Part shown: positions 11,514 to 23,713 of the stretch, one piece after another | Numbering within the stretch: position 1 is the stretch's first letter | Layout of the letters: every line of letters begins with the position of its first letter | Assembly (NCBI GenBank): GCA_965603825.1 | Contig: CBFDEM010000040.1 | Span: 682,001 to 746,000 of the forward strand | Source of the DNA: Blepharisma stoltei ATCC 30299 | Taxonomy: Eukaryota > Protista > Ciliophora | Reading direction: 5' to 3' | Length of the DNA stretch: 64,000 nt | Made by a program: the position numbers and the translations under genes | Notes under the pieces: model-generated | Told to the model about the DNA's origin: nothing | The model's input: the letters and a program-made list of their open reading frames with translations, nothing else | The model's database searches: none

Positions 11514-14045
11514 TTATCTACTTAAATATTGAAGAGTATATGTGTTTTCTCGGCACATCCAGCTGAGTTCTTGATACTTCTTGGCAAGGCTTCTTAGGAG
11601 ACTTCTAATTTCATTAGCCGCTTTTAAGCTTTTTGAATGGAATTTGCAAATTTCTTTCACCCAGGTCAAAATTAACCCTAATTCCCGTGACCTCTCTGCT
11701 TCTTTTGCTAAAAGTTTTATCAGTCTAAGCAGCTCAGCTCCTGAAATCTGCTGTACAACAGCTGCCACATCTATATCTGGGACTCTTATTATCACATCTC
11801 TTTGTAAATAATCTTCTCCAAGCTGCAGAGCCAAAATCATCGCTTTTGTGTACTCTTCCTCTACAAGTGCTTTCACTGTATTCCCTCTAGTAACTTCTAT
11901 ACCCAAATTTAAAGGCAAAAACCGTTCTTCTGAGTCACATGAATAAACAAGCAGCCCTTCTGTTGTGACGATTCCGAATTGTTTTCCATTTTGTGCATAA
12001 ATGACTTTGTTGGCTCGGACTTCTTTATTAGCTTTTCTCATTATGTCGCCTGGACGATGTGGCTGTGGGATACCAAACTCGTCGACGTCGTCTTGGAGAT
12101 TATACTCGTCTATTTCAAATTCATTAATAGGGCCTGCTTCTGTCATATCTTTAGAGTTCAGCTTGTCTAAAACTCCTGAAAGAGACCGGTTTTCTGTATA
12201 AGAAAAACGGTGCAGCAAGACTTTGTGCCTTAAATCATAAATGCAGCCATATTTAGAATTTCCAGCTGCTAATAGTAAATTTCCGTCTGGGGAGTAAGAA
12301 ATTGAATTGAAATTTTTATTGTTCGCGTTATTTTTGGCAGTAAATCTATCAAATTTTCCACGGCCGCCTGCTATATCGTGTTTTCCTTCAATAAATCCAT
12401 GGTCTTCTGCTTCTGGGAGCTTCCAAAAATAAAGTTCTCCATTATTTCCTGCAATTCCTATTTCTTTTCCATCTCCTCTAATACAAAGTGCATGAACTTC
12501 GCTATGATGGTCAATTACTTCACATTCCCCTTTTCCTTCAAAAATGTCCCAAATCCTGACTGTTTTGTCCCATGACCCAGTAATTAGCAAATTTAAAGCA
12601 GAAAAAGCGACACAAGAGACAGGCGCGGTATGACCAGAAAGGACGTCACATAAAATACCAGTCTGCAAAGCCCAAATGTAAATTTGGTAGTCGACGGCTC
12701 CGGCACATACAAATTCGCCACTGTTATCAAGGGCCATACATGTAAATTCTACTGGAGTGTTAGTCGTCATTACTCTGAACTGCTTGTATCTTGCTATATC
12801 ATAAGCACGGACTGTTCCATCTTTGCTAGCTGATAGGACTGCATTGGTTTTTGAAAAGGCTAAATCTACGATGCCATTTGTGTGCTCGGAAAATGTGGCA
12901 AAACATAAGCCTTTTTCCCAAAGCTTGACTTTGCCGTCAATTCCACCTGTTGCTATAATGTTGCCGTCAGGGCTGAATGAGGCAGTAATTATTTGTGAAG
13001 AATGGCCCATTTGGCGCAAGACGTAGTTTTCACTTTTCCATTCCCATACCAGCAGCTGTCCTAGCGTTTTTGATGCAAATGCAAGCCACTCTCCAGAATT
13101 ATTAATGCTTATTGCATTAATTTCAAAATCTGACATGTTAAGTGTGTGTATTACAGTGACTTCTTTTTCGTTTACAGAATACAAAGCAAAATTTCCTGTT
13201 TTAAAGCCAACTACAAGCATATGGCCGATCATATCAACACAGGAAAGGGTGAAAACGCCTTCATGCTGTAGCTGGTGCTTTTGTACCAAAACCAGCTGCT
13301 CAGAATTGCTATGGACTTTTGGCTTTTTTTTGTTTCTCCTTATGTAATCGGCTTCTTGAATTTTTAAAAATTTTTCTGAGGCTTCTTGCCATGTCCACAC
13401 GAAAACTCTGGCGTCTGAGCTGACGGTGTATAAAATTTCTTCACATAGGAAAGCTCCTAAAACTGGTTTTCTGTGGCCAGTTAGTGTAATAGGGATATAC
13501 CCTTTGACTTTATTTAAGTTGCAAAATCGGACTGATTGATCAGAAGAGGATGTGATCAGGTAGTCTTTCCAAAATTGAAAATGGTTTATAGAGTCACTGT
13601 GCCATGAAGAAAAGCTTAAGTGAGGTAATAAAGTCCCTAAATATTTTTTGTTATAAAAGGCACACTCAAATATACGGAGTTTAGACCCTAGTGCTACAGC
13701 CAGATATTTGCCATCTGGGCTAAATTTTACTTGTGTTACGGGTGCGTGGAAATTAAGATATAAGAGAATTGTGTCATTTTTAAGCAGAACGATTTGAGCG
13801 TAGCCATCCACGTCTACTTGAAATAGAACTTGCTGGTCGGGGGAAAGAGCAATTAGTGATATATCGCTTCTTCCTTGAGCTCGAATGGTTCTTGAGGTTT
13901 GGTTTGCAAGATTATGGATACTTACTCTATTCCCAATGATAGTTAAAAGAGAATCGCCGTCTTGACTGAACTCAAGATTTCCTTGGTAATATATCTTCCC
14001 ACATTGGTGTCTGAGCTAAATAGACTTTACCTTAAAAGTATTCAT
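11514..14045 (-). CDS. PWP2: Periodic tryptophan protein 2 (UTP1), WD40 SSU processome factor, one intron
   Basis: ATG 14045 and intron 14016-14030. Contains GKIYYQGNLEFSQDGDSLLTIIGNRV, LGQLLVWEWKSENYVLRQMGH, DGTVRAYDIARYKQFR and LNSKDMTEAGP. Confidence 0.93.
14016..14030 (-). other. 15-nt intron GTAAAGTCTATTTAG
   Basis: Removes an in-frame TAG and restores the PWP2 N-terminus. Confidence 0.88.
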
Positions 14046-14161
14046 TTATCAGCCATTTTAGGCTTCTTATTTACTTAAGCTATTTTGACGTATATGATGG
14101 GTATTTACTCAATGAAAATGCTAAGGTGGTTTGCATTAGAAAATTCCGAAGAAAATTAAAA

Positions 14162-14770
14162 ATGGATCAAGACTTTTGCGATTTTACCCTAGAAGATCTA
14201 GATAATATCGTAAACTCTCAAAATCTGCCTGGAGAAGCAATTTGTCCATATTTCCTTCAAGGCCGATGCATGTATGGCAATAAATGCTGGTTTAGGCACC
14301 CCTCTAATGATCAAGAAATCCCAGGCGATGCAAATTGTGCAATATGTTTAGAAAAAGTTAAACAAAATAACAGACAATTTGGACTTCTATTGGGATGTGC
14401 ACATATATTTTGTTTAAACTGTATTAGATCATGGAGAGGGCAAATCAATGTCCCAAAAGAAGTATCAAGGTCATGCCCGATTTGCCGAGTTCCAAGCTTT
14501 TATATTTTACCTAGTACGGATTTAGTAATGAGATATGAAGACAAGCTACATCTTGCTGAAAGCTATAAGAAGAAACTATCGTCTATCCCTTGTCAGCATT
14601 TTAATTTTGGAGATGGAGAATGCCCTTTTGGAGGATCATGCTTTTATGATCATAGATATCGAAATGGACAAAAATGGACACCTGGCCCACCTCAGTTTGC
14701 GTGTGACGAATTCGGAGTATGGCAAGTATCAAAAAAGCCCAAATTAAGCGAATTTTTGCCTTTCAACTAA
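14162..14770 (+). CDS. Makorin-like RING E3 ligase (CCCH-RING-CCCH)
   Basis: CPYFLQGRCMYGNKCWFRH; CAICLE...FGLLLGCAHIFCLNCIRSWR...CPICR; CQHFNFGDGECPFGGSCFYDH. Confidence 0.9.
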   Translation: MDQDFCDFTLEDLDNIVNSQNLPGEAICPYFLQGRCMYGNKCWFRHPSNDQEIPGDANCAICLEKVKQNNRQFGLLLGCAHIFCLNCIRSWRGQINVPKEVSRSCPICRVPSFYILPSTDLVMRYEDKLHLAESYKKKLSSIPCQHFNFGDGECPFGGSCFYDHRYRNGQKWTPGPPQFACDEFGVWQVSKKPKLSEFLPFN

Positions 14771-14882
14771 CATAAATTTACAATAACAAATTAAAATATA
14801 TTGCCTATTTCCAAAAAAAGTGTCCATGGTCATATTTTTCATTTTTCCTTAAGTAATTAAGCTGGATTAACTGTTTACAAAT

Positions 14883-16403
14883 ATGGAGCCGCAACCTTCT
14901 GACAACAAATCATCATTTGAGTCCTCAAATTCACTATCAGATACCATGAATCCTTTTTCTCCAAGCATGAGTGGTGAGAATTTTTTACCAGAAATCAAAC
15001 CAAGTTCATCAATTACTTCCAACCCTGAGCCCTTTATGTGACCATCTGGTAATGTTACTTCTCCACTCCGTATGTGTGGCAAGCTATTCATATCTAAAGA
15101 ATCACTGACTGAAGACTTGAGAAAATATATTTCTCCTCCGCCAGGCTTTGGGAAGGATCCTTTCAGGGAAGAGTCAAAAGTCTCAAACATTGAGCTTATT
15201 TATGCGGAGGATGCAAGATTCGAGCTACTTAAAAAGGAAGCTGAATTTTATAAGCAGAAATGCACGAATTTGATAAAAGAAAACAAAAGTTTAAAAGACT
15301 GCAACTATGCATGGTTTCTGATGGAGAAATTAGAAAAAATAACCGAAAACAATTTGAAATTGTCTTCAGAACTAGCATTAAAAAAAGAATTTCAATCCCA
15401 ATGGAGCGATAAGGAAAGTGACCTTTCTGACGAACTTAGGAATAAAGAAGAAGAAATTGTTAAGCTACAAGAAACAATAGTCAAGATGGAAATGGAGCAT
15501 CAAAAACAACTATCATCAGTAGTATCAAAATATATGGACGACATCGCACAGCTTGAAGGGGAATTAAAACGTAATAAAGAATGCTTAGAGGAATCCTTAA
15601 AAAATGATCGCTCAAAAAAAATCAATTGAAGAGAATGCCCCAACTGTGCAGAAAAACAAAAAGAAATTGTGGAAAAATCTTGTAAAATTGAAGAACTGCA
15701 AAATGATATTAAAATAGCACTCAACTCAGAAGCATTAAAAGAAGAATACACCGCACTCAAAGAGAGAATTACCTGCAAGCTGGCAATGCTGGAAAAATCG
15801 CTTTCTGAGCCTAATAAAGTGATTAATTTAGAAAGCAAGTCTTTAAAAGCTCTTGTAGATGACCAAATGGTCTTAGAAAGATGGTGGGTAAAGGTCCCAG
15901 AAGCTGTCAAAGATTCAGACTGGTTTAAAGAAGGTCAGCTTGCAGTTCATCAAATAAGAAGTGATATAACCAAAGCTTTGACTGTAAAACCTCTTGTAAA
16001 AGGAAGACCAGGAAGGGAAATCAGGATGAGTGTCCATAAGAAGTTTATAGAAATCGAGCAAGATTTTAATTCCCTCCCATTCAGCACAGAGCCTTTAGAA
16101 GTAATCAAGAGAAAATTTTTAGAGCTTCCTTACATGCTAAGGCCTCTTTTTGATATCATGAAAGACTATGAGCAGCAAGGCATAGGGATCGAAAATTCTC
16201 AGAACCTCAAAATTGAAGCCGCCTTAACAGGAGTAAAAACTTTGCAAGAAGAAATCAAAGTCGAAAATTTCGTGTTTGACCAAGGCCGTGAACTATCTGC
16301 TCCTAAGATCAAGATTCTTGAAGCAGAAAAAGTTAATGAAGAAAATCCAAAAGCCAAGCGTATCGTCACTTTGAGAAGATTCAGGACTGACGTGGATTTC
16401 TAA
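14883..16403 (+). CDS. Hypothetical coiled-coil protein
   Basis: ATG 14883. ORFs 15072 and 15669 are in the same frame via TGA=Trp and end at TAA. Confidence 0.75.
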
Positions 16404-16508
16404 TTTAATTAAGTATTATGTAAGCTTATCGCTTATTTATGAATCTATATGAATCAAGGATCGCTAATAAAATAATTAAGCCAAATTCCAATAAATATTA
16501 AAAAAGCA

Positions 16509-17252
16509 TTACTTTGACCTTGGAGAAACTAATTCATTAATGGCTGTATGATACATGCTAAGTGCTTCATTGACTTGTCCTGAATCAAGTGCATGCTTCA
16601 TAAGAAGCAATTTTTTGCATGCCTCACTACACACGACTTTGTCCTTTTTTCGAATTCTTGAGTTATTGAAATAGCTAGCAATCCTAGGCTTGGGGAAGTT
16701 TACCGTGATGAAGTCACTTTTACTACCTTTTCTATTGCAAAATTGTTGGTTTGCACAGCAGATTGTAGAGAATTGGCAGATTTTCTGGTGCTGCTTTATA
16801 TTTTCAAGGGCGCAGATTTCGGGGCAGCCTTGGGATCTGTTTTTGCAGTAGATTTTTAAGCTGTTTATGTATTTAATTAGCAATAGGCTGGGCTCCCTTG
16901 GGGCTGCTTTGGATCTGCAAACAGGGCAGGTCAATCTTGGCTTCTCCATATATCTCGGCTGAGGCAGATACCGATTAGTGCTATGAGCCATCATATTAGC
17001 GCATTTTTTACAGATTAAAATCCCACACTGAATGCATTCAAGCGGCTCTCTGGCCACACCTAAACAAATTGGGCACAAAATATCTTTTCTTGGTGTTTCC
17101 ACAAATCTGCTCACTTCATATCCTTCTTTGAGGCTGAGGTCTTCAAATTTATAGCTTTCCAGTGACCTCATGGAGTCTTCTAAGTCTGGCTCCACAATCT
17201 CAACATACATTTGGGGGTTGTGATCATTCATTTTAAAAATTATTATACTCAT
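16509..17252 (-). CDS. RING plus TRAF/SINA-type zinc-finger protein (start 17252 or 17231)
   Basis: CPICLGVAREPLECIQCGILICKKC...CPVCR, followed by CKNRSQGCPEIC...HQKICQF. Confidence 0.8.
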   Translation of the reverse strand: MSIIIFKMNDHNPQMYVEIVEPDLEDSMRSLESYKFEDLSLKEGYEVSRFVETPRKDILCPICLGVAREPLECIQCGILICKKCANMMAHSTNRYLPQPRYMEKPRLTCPVCRSKAAPREPSLLLIKYINSLKIYCKNRSQGCPEICALENIKQHQKICQFSTICCANQQFCNRKGSKSDFITVNFPKPRIASYFNNSRIRKKDKVVCSEACKKLLLMKHALDSGQVNEALSMYHTAINELVSPRSK

Positions 17253-17280
17253 GTAACTAATAATTGTTATTTTAAATCAA

Positions 17281-18054
17281 TTATTCTTCTAATATGAAGG
17301 TGGGTTGAACATTTTCTTTTTTTGATTTTTGGATCATTTCTCTTAAGCCTCCAGCTCTTTTTGCTTTTTGCTGCAGCGCTTGCCTGACTTTTTCTTGTTC
17401 TGAAGCTGCCAGTGCTGAAACGGCTTGGCTGAAGTCCGGCCAATTTTCACTGAGGTGTTTTAAGCACTCTTTTGAGCCTGTCAGAGTTTTTTGTCTTTTT
17501 GAGTCCAATAGTCTAAGAGTGATATGTAGCACTGTATTAGGGTATAATCGGGGCAATATCGTAGCTAAATGCTGGTAGGCTATATCCGCTATTTGTCCGG
17601 ATTTATGAAAGCATCCTTCTAGCAGCTGGCGTGCTATTTCTTCACTTGTTACTGTGGCGCATATGTTGGTTAATGCAGTTACAGCTTCTCCACGAATAAA
17701 CGATTTTTCATTAACTGTTTTTGTCAGTAGCAAAGTAGCTACACACTGAGCAACCATTTCTGAGTTTTCTCGCGGTTCTGCAAAGCATTCGGAAAGAAGC
17801 AGTAAAGTGTTTTTTGAGAGTGAAGATCTTATTGAATCCATCAGCTCCATTACACGATCAGATACCCTTGGCCAGTAGTCTAAAAATTCGAGCCATCTAT
17901 ATTTATTGATAGCTCTTAATTGATCAATACCAATAAAATTTTCTTTCCAATTTTCAGAATGCAATAAGTAAAGGACAACTCCAATGTCTTGGTTAGATTC
18001 TTCAAGCGCTTCAAATGGTGTGTAGTCCAATCCAACTTCACCTTGCTGTTCCAT
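17281..18054 (-). CDS. TOG/CLASP-N-like HEAT-repeat protein
   Basis: NWKENFIGIDQLRAI...DSIRSSLSKNTL...NEKSFIRGEAVTAL follows the TOG domain pattern. First ATG is at 18054. Confidence 0.75.
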   Translation of the reverse strand: MEQQGEVGLDYTPFEALEESNQDIGVVLYLLHSENWKENFIGIDQLRAINKYRWLEFLDYWPRVSDRVMELMDSIRSSLSKNTLLLLSECFAEPRENSEMVAQCVATLLLTKTVNEKSFIRGEAVTALTNICATVTSEEIARQLLEGCFHKSGQIADIAYQHLATILPRLYPNTVLHITLRLLDSKRQKTLTGSKECLKHLSENWPDFSQAVSALAASEQEKVRQALQQKAKRAGGLREMIQKSKKENVQPTFILEE

Positions 18055-18155
18055 TTTAAATTTATCTGAATTGAGAGGGTCTGCATCATAGAATGAGATG
18101 TTCAAAATTTATAATTTTAAAATAAATTTTATTTAAAAAAATACTTTAGTGAGGA

Positions 18156-19013
18156 CTAAGACCTTAAATTTTTGAAAAATTCTTCTAGATCAGTCCCATC
18201 TGTCATTTCTATTGGCACTCGATTCGCTGAATAATCGTTTGGTTGGATCGATTCAGAGTCATAGGTCCTGAATTCTAAGCTACTCAATTGATTTAATTCT
18301 TCTCACGAAAAAAGCAATGAGCTAGTGTCCTCATCCCAGGAAGAAAACCCTAATAATCAGCATTTATACCTTGGAGGAATATCAACATATACATCAAAGC
18401 AAAAATCTTCAAAATTTATTACAGGATCAACCACATCATTATAGAAATCAGTTATTTTTTCCGTCAATATAATTTTCAATTCTGCAAGAAAAGGCGTATT
18501 TATTGACGTTTTTTGAGAAATTCCCACAATTTCGCTATTTTTCACAAAGCATCTAAAAGTCATGCCATCAGCTAAATTATGATATCTGACCAAATTCATA
18601 ACTAATGGTATCCCTAATTGTTCTGCCTCACTCATGTCATTTGAAATCAGCTCAGATGATTTAATTAGCAAAAGAACATCTCTGTATGTGCAGCATTTTA
18701 ACTCATGCATCCATAAGGCATCTCTATATAAACTTTACTGCGGGGCGCTTCAATTTAACTTTGGTACCACTCCTTTACCTCCTACATATTCTATTCCGAT
18801 ATTTATATCAGAGATTAATTTTCTCATACCTTCAGAACCTAGTAATAATTGAGCAGGATCTTCAGAATCATTTTCGTCTATCACAATGCTGTCACTATTC
18901 ATAAAATCATGGAAGGCTTGAGGAAGGGTAATTGAGTACGCTTTAAAAGAATTTTCTCCGAAATTAGCTCGCCATATGTGGTCTTGGCATCATAGCTTGA
19001 TATTTCCTTCCAT
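18156..19013 (-). CDS. CDC123: Cell division cycle protein 123 (D123 family), one intron
   Basis: With TGA=Trp and intron 18724-18738 it reads VPKLNWSAPQDALWM...DVLLLIKSS...FRCFVKNSEIVGISQ...FDVYV...LLFSWEEL. Stop is TAG at 18156. Confidence 0.9.
18724..18738 (-). other. 15-nt intron GTAAAGTTTATATAG
   Basis: Removes an in-frame TAA inside the conserved KLNWSAPxDA motif. Confidence 0.9.
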
Positions 19014-19708
19014 AAATTAAAAATTAAAGTGAGATACTCAAAAAAATGTCCAGCTATATTATATGGAATTCAGACGGCTATAGGTTGTTTGCTTGCAGTT
19101 TTAAATTAAATAGATACTTAGCAACAGTTTGCCGATTTTTTTATATTCAGACTCAAAATTTCAGACAAAAGAAAATCCCGACCAAAATTTAAAATAATTG
19201 CTTTGCTGTCAAAAAGGTAAGAAAAAAAATTCTGCACTGATTCAGACCGACTCATTATTCGGTTACAAAACTATAAGCGTGGGTTTTCATTTTCTATTTA
19301 ATACTTGAATAATATTTATTTTAAAACTATCAAAAAAGAAATAAAAATATTATATAGAATTCTATTGTTTTATCAATATATTTATACCTCAAACATATTC
19401 AGCCCTAAGTTTTCAGCTTCTTTTTTTGATTTTTTATATAATTTTCATAATAAACCAACTTATTAAATAAATTTCAAATAAAAACATGATGATTACAGCC
19501 ATCGAACCAATTCAAGCTCTTTAAATAAATTTGACGAGAGAGATTTCAAATGGATTAAATAACAAATTGATTACAGAAAGCATAGTATTGTGCCTCTTAC
19601 TTATGAAAATCCTCAAAAAAATTATATTTTATATAAAAATATTGGCCAAATACCTTGGCTTTAAAATTAAATTAATTTAGAAAAATAGAATATTTATCTC
19701 AAACATTA

Positions 19709-20404
19709 ATGGAATCAAAAATTCAAAATCAATCTGATGATTCCCAATCAATGGATGTGGAAACAGAGCCAGAGGAGCCAATAATGACTCCTTTTGAGTT
19801 TTTTATGAGTCTGCCTCGAAATGTGCCAGATCCAGGGCAGACCCATCTACCTCCAAAACGTCGAAGCACCCCAAAACGCACTTTAGTGCTAGATCTTGAT
19901 GAAACCTTAGTTCACAGCGATATAGCACCTACACAAACATATAAAGAAGTGGTCAGCTTTATGAGCCATGGAAGACTTTGCAATGTCTATGTGAGCTACA
20001 GGCCATTTTTGCTTGAATTTTTAAAAGCAGCTTCTCAAAAATTCGAAGTTGTTGCTTTTACAGCGTCACAGAAAGCATATGCTGACCAAGTGTTAAAAAA
20101 TATTGACCCACAGAGAAAATTGATAAAGCATAGGCTATATCGAGAGTCTTGCTATGAATATAAAGGAAATTATATTAAAGATTTGAGAGTTTTAGGCAGA
20201 GACTTAAAAGATGTTATCATTGTTGATAACTCAGTTTTATCGTTCGCGTTCCAGCTTGACAATGGAATACCAATTCTTTCATGGTTTAATGACCCTGAAG
20301 ACAGAGAGTTGTGTAATCTTGTTACATTACTGGATGAATTAAATAGTGCGCCTGATATTAGACCTGCGTTAAAAGCAAGTTATGATCTATCAAGGTTCGG
20401 TTAA
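19709..20404 (+). CDS. CTD small phosphatase-like protein (FCP1/SCP, NIF domain)
   Basis: TLVLDLDETLVHS, FTASQKAYAD, YIKDLRVLGRDL, IIVDNS, QLDNGIPI. Confidence 0.92.
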   Translation: MESKIQNQSDDSQSMDVETEPEEPIMTPFEFFMSLPRNVPDPGQTHLPPKRRSTPKRTLVLDLDETLVHSDIAPTQTYKEVVSFMSHGRLCNVYVSYRPFLLEFLKAASQKFEVVAFTASQKAYADQVLKNIDPQRKLIKHRLYRESCYEYKGNYIKDLRVLGRDLKDVIIVDNSVLSFAFQLDNGIPILSWFNDPEDRELCNLVTLLDELNSAPDIRPALKASYDLSRFG

Positions 20405-20630
20405 ATTTATGACAAAAATAAATGATATCTAATTAAAAATTTAAGTTGACTTAAAAAATAATTTTTTTTAAATTGGTATTGGATTAAAAATCAATATTAG
20501 GGTTAAATTTGGCAATTTTTTATTATTTTTAATTTTATTAAAAATTTAAATTGAAAATAGCAGATATGGTGTCTGCACTGCTATGATAGTAATAAATATT
20601 AATTTCTATATCTTAATTAAAAAAACACAG

Positions 20631-21356
20631 TTATTTAGATTTATGATGGGTTTTCCAATATTCTTCAGTTTTTTCACTTTCATGTGATGGTACAACAGTT
20701 GGTGCTCCAGGTGACCAAGACTCAGGACATACCTCTCCATGTTCATCTGTATATTGAAAAGCCTGCACAAGTCTCAAAACTTCCCTTACACTTCTTCCCA
20801 CTGGAAGGTCATTAATAGACACATGTCTTAATATCCCATTTTTATCAATAATAAAAGTTCCTCTCAAATGTACACCTTCATCCTCAGAATGATCCAAATA
20901 GACCCCATATCTTTTCCCAACAGCTTTACTGAGATCAGACAATAATGGAATTTGCAGCCTCCCCAGCCCTCCTTGTTCACGAGGTTTTAATGTGTATTCT
21001 CTATGGGTAAATACAGAATCCACTGAACAAGCAATTATTTCACAGTTATTTGACCGAAATTCAGGAGCCATATCATTAAAGTTGATAATTTCAGTTGGGC
21101 ATACAAAAGTGAAATCTAGAGGGTAAAAGAAAAGGACAACGTATTTGCCTTTGTATTCATCTAAAGTAAGCTGCCTCATTCTATTTCCATCCCATGCAGT
21201 GCCTGAAAAGGTGGGAGCTGGCTTGCGGATTCGAGCCATTGGAGCATAGGTTTTTGAGCAGACGATAGAGGTACAGGAACAATTTTCTCCGCAATCGCAA
21301 TTAGGCTGGCAGCAAAGTTTGTTTTCTGATGAGGCACAGTGTGGACAACTTGACAT
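20631..21356 (-). CDS. Typical 2-Cys peroxiredoxin with Cys-rich N-terminal extension
   Basis: FFYPLDFTFVCPTEI, GGLG, NDLPVGRS, HGEVCP. Confidence 0.95.
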   Translation of the reverse strand: MSSCPHCASSENKLCCQPNCDCGENCSCTSIVCSKTYAPMARIRKPAPTFSGTAWDGNRMRQLTLDEYKGKYVVLFFYPLDFTFVCPTEIINFNDMAPEFRSNNCEIIACSVDSVFTHREYTLKPREQGGLGRLQIPLLSDLSKAVGKRYGVYLDHSEDEGVHLRGTFIIDKNGILRHVSINDLPVGRSVREVLRLVQAFQYTDEHGEVCPESWSPGAPTVVPSHESEKTEEYWKTHHKSK

Positions 21357-21399
21357 ATTGTATTATATCAGATGTGGATATTTATAATAAATGGACATT

Positions 21400-21798
21400 A
21401 ATCTATTTTTGATCCCTGGGTATTTTGAGGTTAATATTTTAATTTTCTATGGTCTGTATACGGAACTTTTAAAGGTGAAGCTATTCCTTTGAACGTACAA
21501 AGGACTTTAGACAGCTGCTTAGAATACTCAATTATTTTAGGGTAAAACAGCCATTTAATAGTCTCTGCATGCGTATCTGTTAGTCTTGTCAGTGCTCTTT
21601 TGACAAGTCCCATTGCTGCTTCACACACTTCTAAGGTCTCCAAAGGAAGCTGCTTTTTCATTGGGCTTTGTTTTTAGGGGAGCTTGGTTTTTTTTCTTCA
21701 GAAGCGTCTGAAGAGATTTGAGATTTGAAGTCTTCTTCTGGCTCTCCTTCCTCTTCTGATTCATTCAGTTCACTGTCTTCTATTTCGATTTCCATCCC
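21400..21798 (-). pseudogene. Inverted, frameshifted 400-bp duplicate of part of the UBR4 gene (source about 39133-39546)
   Basis: Direct nucleotide match to UBR4 GMEIEIEDSELNE...PGIRNS, with a 12-nt deletion, two 1-nt deletions and about 20 substitutions. Confidence 0.9.
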
Positions 21799-21829
21799 TA
21801 AAAGCTAATTCTTATTATATAGCAATTAA

Positions 21830-23713
21830 ATGATCAAATCCAAATCAAATGCCGCAACTCCTTATTTAAAGAATTTTTCAAACCTCCAATCCTCATTATC
21901 AGGAAGCTCATCATCCTGCAGATTTTCTCTTACAAATCTAAATCAAAATTCCGTATATCTTGCCCAATCCTCAAATCATCAAGATAAAACTGATCCTACT
22001 CGCAATCCAACAAATCCAGAAGTGGCGCCTCAAAAGCCTTCTTCTAAAATTAGCCCTCAGCCAGGCACAATAATTCGTCAATCAATCCCTAAATCTGTTG
22101 CCTTATTCGATATTCCTCTATTCTTATGAATTGACTATAAAAACTTAATTCAAGATTATATAAATACTCCTGAAGATTACGAAACTACTGAAAGTCTTGT
22201 CGTTTTGGATCATCACTATCAAAAACACGAAGGGACTGCATCTGAATATTCAGCAAAAAATTATTTCAGCCCAGAAAATTTCAATAATTATCTCACACGA
22301 AATGTGTATATTGATAAAAAACCGTGGCTGAGAAGCATAAATATTTTATATAAAAAAGAAAATTTATCTTCATTACTGGAGCTTTATCAACAAATAAATG
22401 ATACGAAATACTCTTGGATTAGCTTTATAAAGCATCAAAGAAAAATGCTGATGAAACAGCAGAGATTAGAAGCTGCAGCAAGAGCAGAAAAAGATTTAGA
22501 AGACCAGAGAGAGCTATTACAAGAGCTGTCAAGAATAAATCGGCCATTTTTGGTGTCAGGAAAGACTGGGGTGAAAACTTCTAAACATATTGTATGTAAA
22601 ACTAAGAGAAAAAACCAAAATATTCAAAAAAAACTTAATAGCTTGGAAGAAAGATCTGAGTATGGAGAACAGAAACTTGAGCAAATGCATGAAGCATGAC
22701 AAAAAAATGTCAAGAAAACGACGCTGATTATCCTTTCTTTGAATATAAAAATCAGAAAATCAAGAGAAAAGTTCCTTGAAATAGGCTTGAAATCTGCTAA
22801 TAGACCTCTATTATTTTATATTTTTTCTGCAATGCTATTTTTCACAAGAATTTCTCACGAAAAAACACAGGTGGCCAAAATAAGTTCCCAATCCCTCAAA
22901 AACTGAAAAAAGAAACGGATCTTTCTTATACTAAAAGATTTTTCAACAAAAAAACAAAGAACCTTAATCTATATTGAAAAAATGAAAAATTACCTCAAAA
23001 TGCGAGAAAAATTAAGAATTCTTTATTATTGGAAACTTTTTTCTTACACATCTAAAGTCAAAAACTATTACAAAAGAATCGCTAATAAATTTTATCAAGA
23101 AAGACTAAAGACTAAAAAATTTTATGAATTAAAAACAGAAACTATAATAAATAAAGGCCAAAGAAAAAGAATTAAATTATTAGCAAATGGAGAAGAAGAT
23201 GGGTTTTCTAAAGATAATGTCATTATTGAACAAAAGCATTTTCTTTCTGTAGCGCTTATACAGATAGTAAAAGGATTATCGTCACACCAACAAAGAGCGT
23301 TTATTTTTCAGCAAAAATTAAAAACTCTTGAAGACTATATTTCTAATAAACATTATTTGTCATTGTACGCAAAAGAAGGAAATGTATGGATTTTAAGACA
23401 AAAAGGGTTAGGAGAGCATAGATCTTGTTTAGAATTAACAAGAAAGCCTTTGTTTCCTACAGTGCAGTTATCGGCAAGATCAAAAAACCATGGTATTCAT
23501 GCTAAATCTGTTGATGATGTACAGATTATAAAACATATACACGAAAACTATGCAACTCAGCAAAAGAGATATAATTCAATAACTCCATCTATAAGCTCAC
23601 GATATCAAGAAATAGAAAACTCAAGAGCAAAATTTTCAGAACTTCAAGAAACATCAGAGCTTTGAATATCCTCAGAAAAAAACATTGAGAATTTTCATGA
23701 GCAAAATGAATAA
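21830..23713 (+). CDS. Hypothetical basic helical protein with weak Sfi1-like repeats
   Basis: ORFs 21830, 22205 and 22982 share a frame via TGA=Trp. Stop is TAA 23711-23713. Confidence 0.7.

Noticed and set aside
19488-19630. Coding-looking stretch (DDYSHRTNSS...KWIK*QIDYRKH) or a box C motif upstream of the CTD phosphatase
   Set aside because: It has an internal TAA, no start codon, no recognisable homology and no box D.
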